Below, piece after piece: positions 1-64,000 of a stretch of DNA of 64,000 bases. How positions within the stretch are numbered: position 1 is the stretch's first letter; every line of letters begins with the position of its first letter. Source of the stretch: Chrysomallon squamiferum (taxonomy: Eukaryota > Animalia > Mollusca); contig CM022679.1 of NCBI GenBank assembly GCA_012295275.1, forward strand, positions 21,080,001 through 21,144,000. Reading direction: 5' to 3'. Under the pieces are notes generated by a model, which was not told the origin of the DNA, made no database searches, and saw only the letters and a list, made by a program, of their open reading frames with translations. A program made the position numbers and the translations under genes.

Positions 1-73
1 TATTTTTATTTTTATTTTTATTATTTATTTAATTTTTTTTTTTTTTTTGAAATTGGCTTTTTGGTTCTTTCAG

Positions 74-112
74 TAAAACGCATTCCATACGTAGACGGTT
101 GGCCCATTACGA
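74..112 (+). CDS. candidate 39-nt micro-exon upstream of VWC1 (xKRIPYVDGWPIT)
   Basis: ttggttctttcag acceptor, CGA|gtaagt donor, length 3n, open in phase 1, joins 1726 in frame (…ITSDCLH). No homology support. Confidence 0.35.
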
Positions 113-531
113 GTAAGTTTATTTCACTATGAGTTATTGCATTTGTCGCAACGACTAGATTCAGCCTTTGTCAGACTTTAAGTAGAACACAACAATGAAC
201 CTTTGCTGAGCAGTTCGTTTCTTAATACATGACATAATAATTATAGACCTTCGAACGTGTACACCTGGTAACGTTACAGCACAATTATGGCTGTCCGCGG
301 TCGCAAGAAGTGAATTGAATGACTCTTATTACAGAGAACCAGCAACACAACGTTATGTCAAACAGTTCTGTTACAAAACTGGGGCATTTTCTTCCTAGGA
401 TGAAGCCGTTTTTCGTTGGATTTATAAACTTTTCTCAGTACAAAGAACAGACCAATCATAACCAAAACCGCAACACACTATGTTAGGCCGTTTTTAGCGA
501 GTTCAGGGGAGGGGGCAATTTCATGAGAACC

Positions 532-562
<31 letters not shown>

Positions 563-928
563 AATTAATAATAATAATAATGGATTACGTCTTGAAAGTC
601 ACATAAACCAAAATGGTGGCGCCATTTCCCTGTTTCTGAAATCATGGATCTTCCCCCAGAAAGATTTTATAGTGCCGCCTAACTCTGGTTTTGCATGAGT
701 TTAACTAGCTTCCTAAAATAACACAGACGGCAACTTGATAATGAACAACTATCACAAGTGGAGATTCTTTCAGCAATAAAATTAATGAATTTTTAACGAC
801 ACCCCAGAATATTTTATTTTTAAAGATTACTGTCGTAATATTCCTATCTAATAATAAAGTTTAAGGCGAAACCTGATGTTGTCATTCACCACAGAAAGAA
901 AAAAAAAAAAAAAAAAAAAATAAAAAAA

Positions 929-1140
929 TGTTTATAAGTTCTGTTAAATCTTTTAGACAGAACATAGACTAAAATTCTAGAAACCATAGCTCTGTTTATC
1001 AGTTCTGTTAAATCCTTTACACAGAACATAGACTAAAATTCTAGAAACCACAGCACTGTTTATTAGTTCTGTTAAATCCTTTACACAGAACATAAACTAA
1101 AATTCTAGAAACCACAGCACTGCTTAACAGTTCTGTTAAT
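929..1140. repeat. 64-bp tandem repeat, about 3.3 copies
   Basis: agttctgttaa recurs at 937, 1001, 1065 and 1129. Confidence 0.9.
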
Positions 1141-1517
1141 TATATTCTTTCCCTGTCGAGCTGATAGATAGACAGGTGATAAACAATTCAGATCTGTCTA
1201 TAACAATTTACAGTTGAGCATTCTCCATATTAAACCTAATATTAATAAAAGTTAATATAGACTATGTTGAGAAGATGTCGTTAAACAAGCACTCATTCAT
1301 TTATCAGGTAATATAATTGGAATGTGCTGCCTGTCGGTCACAGAGTGCCGTTTTAGAGTGCAGTTGTCTTGTTCGTGGGCTTGCTTTGTTTGCTTCGCTC
1401 TTTAGAATGTTTCGCCATTAAAGAAAATAAGCAGTTCCAGTTATAATGACTCTTTAATGATTTATGTTATATTAAGTTTGTTTGTTATTTTACATGAACA
1501 TACAAATATTTAAATTG

Positions 1518-1650
<133 letters not shown>

Positions 1651-1725
1651 TACATGCACACATTTATATAAGAGAGAAAACACCTGTACATTGTCACTAA
1701 TAAAATTTGTTTCTTTTCTCTCCAG

Positions 1726-63365
<61,640 letters not shown>

Positions 63366-64000
63366 GTACATGTCTCTCAGTATATGTCTGGTTTACATTC
63401 AGTTCCAAAGTCAAATCAAATATACCAGTTATTATCTTAGTGAGGTCTGTCAGTTTATATTTTATATGGTCTTTGAATTTCCTCTTCATGTATGAAACTT
63501 TTTTTGTTATTGTATTTTTGGTTATGTTATGTTGCTTCTTCAACAGAAATTGATGATTTTTAAAAATTATTTCCTATAGTTTTGTTCAAATTTTTTAACC
63601 TCATTTGTCATTTTCCATTTTGATATCTCATTCATCCCTGTAACTTACTTAGTTCAAGAGACATAATCAAGAAATATGTCTTTTTCTCAAAAAAGAGGCA
63701 TTCAATTTTCATAAAGTTCTCTAACATACAATTTGGTTAATGAAGAAAAAAAGATTTTTATATAATCTATTTTTAACAAAATATCAAACTCAAAAACTTT
63801 TATGTCACTCAACTATTGTTTGCTGAAGTGTAATAATACTTGACCATGTGCCTTAAGACTAGGTTCAATGTGATGAGTCACATATATGTAATTTATGCCA
63901 AAGGTTATCATTATAGAATCATATACAAAAAATAAAAACTGCTGTGTTAGATGTTAACTTTGCCTCAATAGTGAAGAACTCAACAGACTGAATATTCTAA

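Overview
AT-rich, microsatellite-dense animal genomic DNA (invertebrate; repeat remnants resemble ones I recall from gastropod molluscs, low confidence). The window lies almost entirely inside one + strand multi-exon gene, a FRAS1 (Fraser extracellular matrix complex subunit 1) orthologue. I hand-spliced 31 exons (1726-63365) encoding six VWC (chordin-like) domains, eight furin-like Cys-rich repeats (one per phase 1-1 exon) and about 6.5 CSPG/cadherin-like repeats. The signal-peptide exon and the 3' half of the gene lie outside the window. Three exons carry frameshifts and one is overwritten by minisatellite-like sequence, while all splice sites stay intact, so assembly error is more likely than pseudogenisation. 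Notable points: tandem arrays built from the gene's own splice junctions, an abrupt CpG-depletion boundary at about 7.4 kb beside a YY1-like motif cluster, a GC-AG intron, an exon that regenerates a strong 5' splice site, and a candidate 39-nt micro-exon. Almost all ORFs in the track are microsatellite translations. I found no convincing wholly new biological system. Comparisons with human FRAS1 and repeat families are from memory, not from a search.
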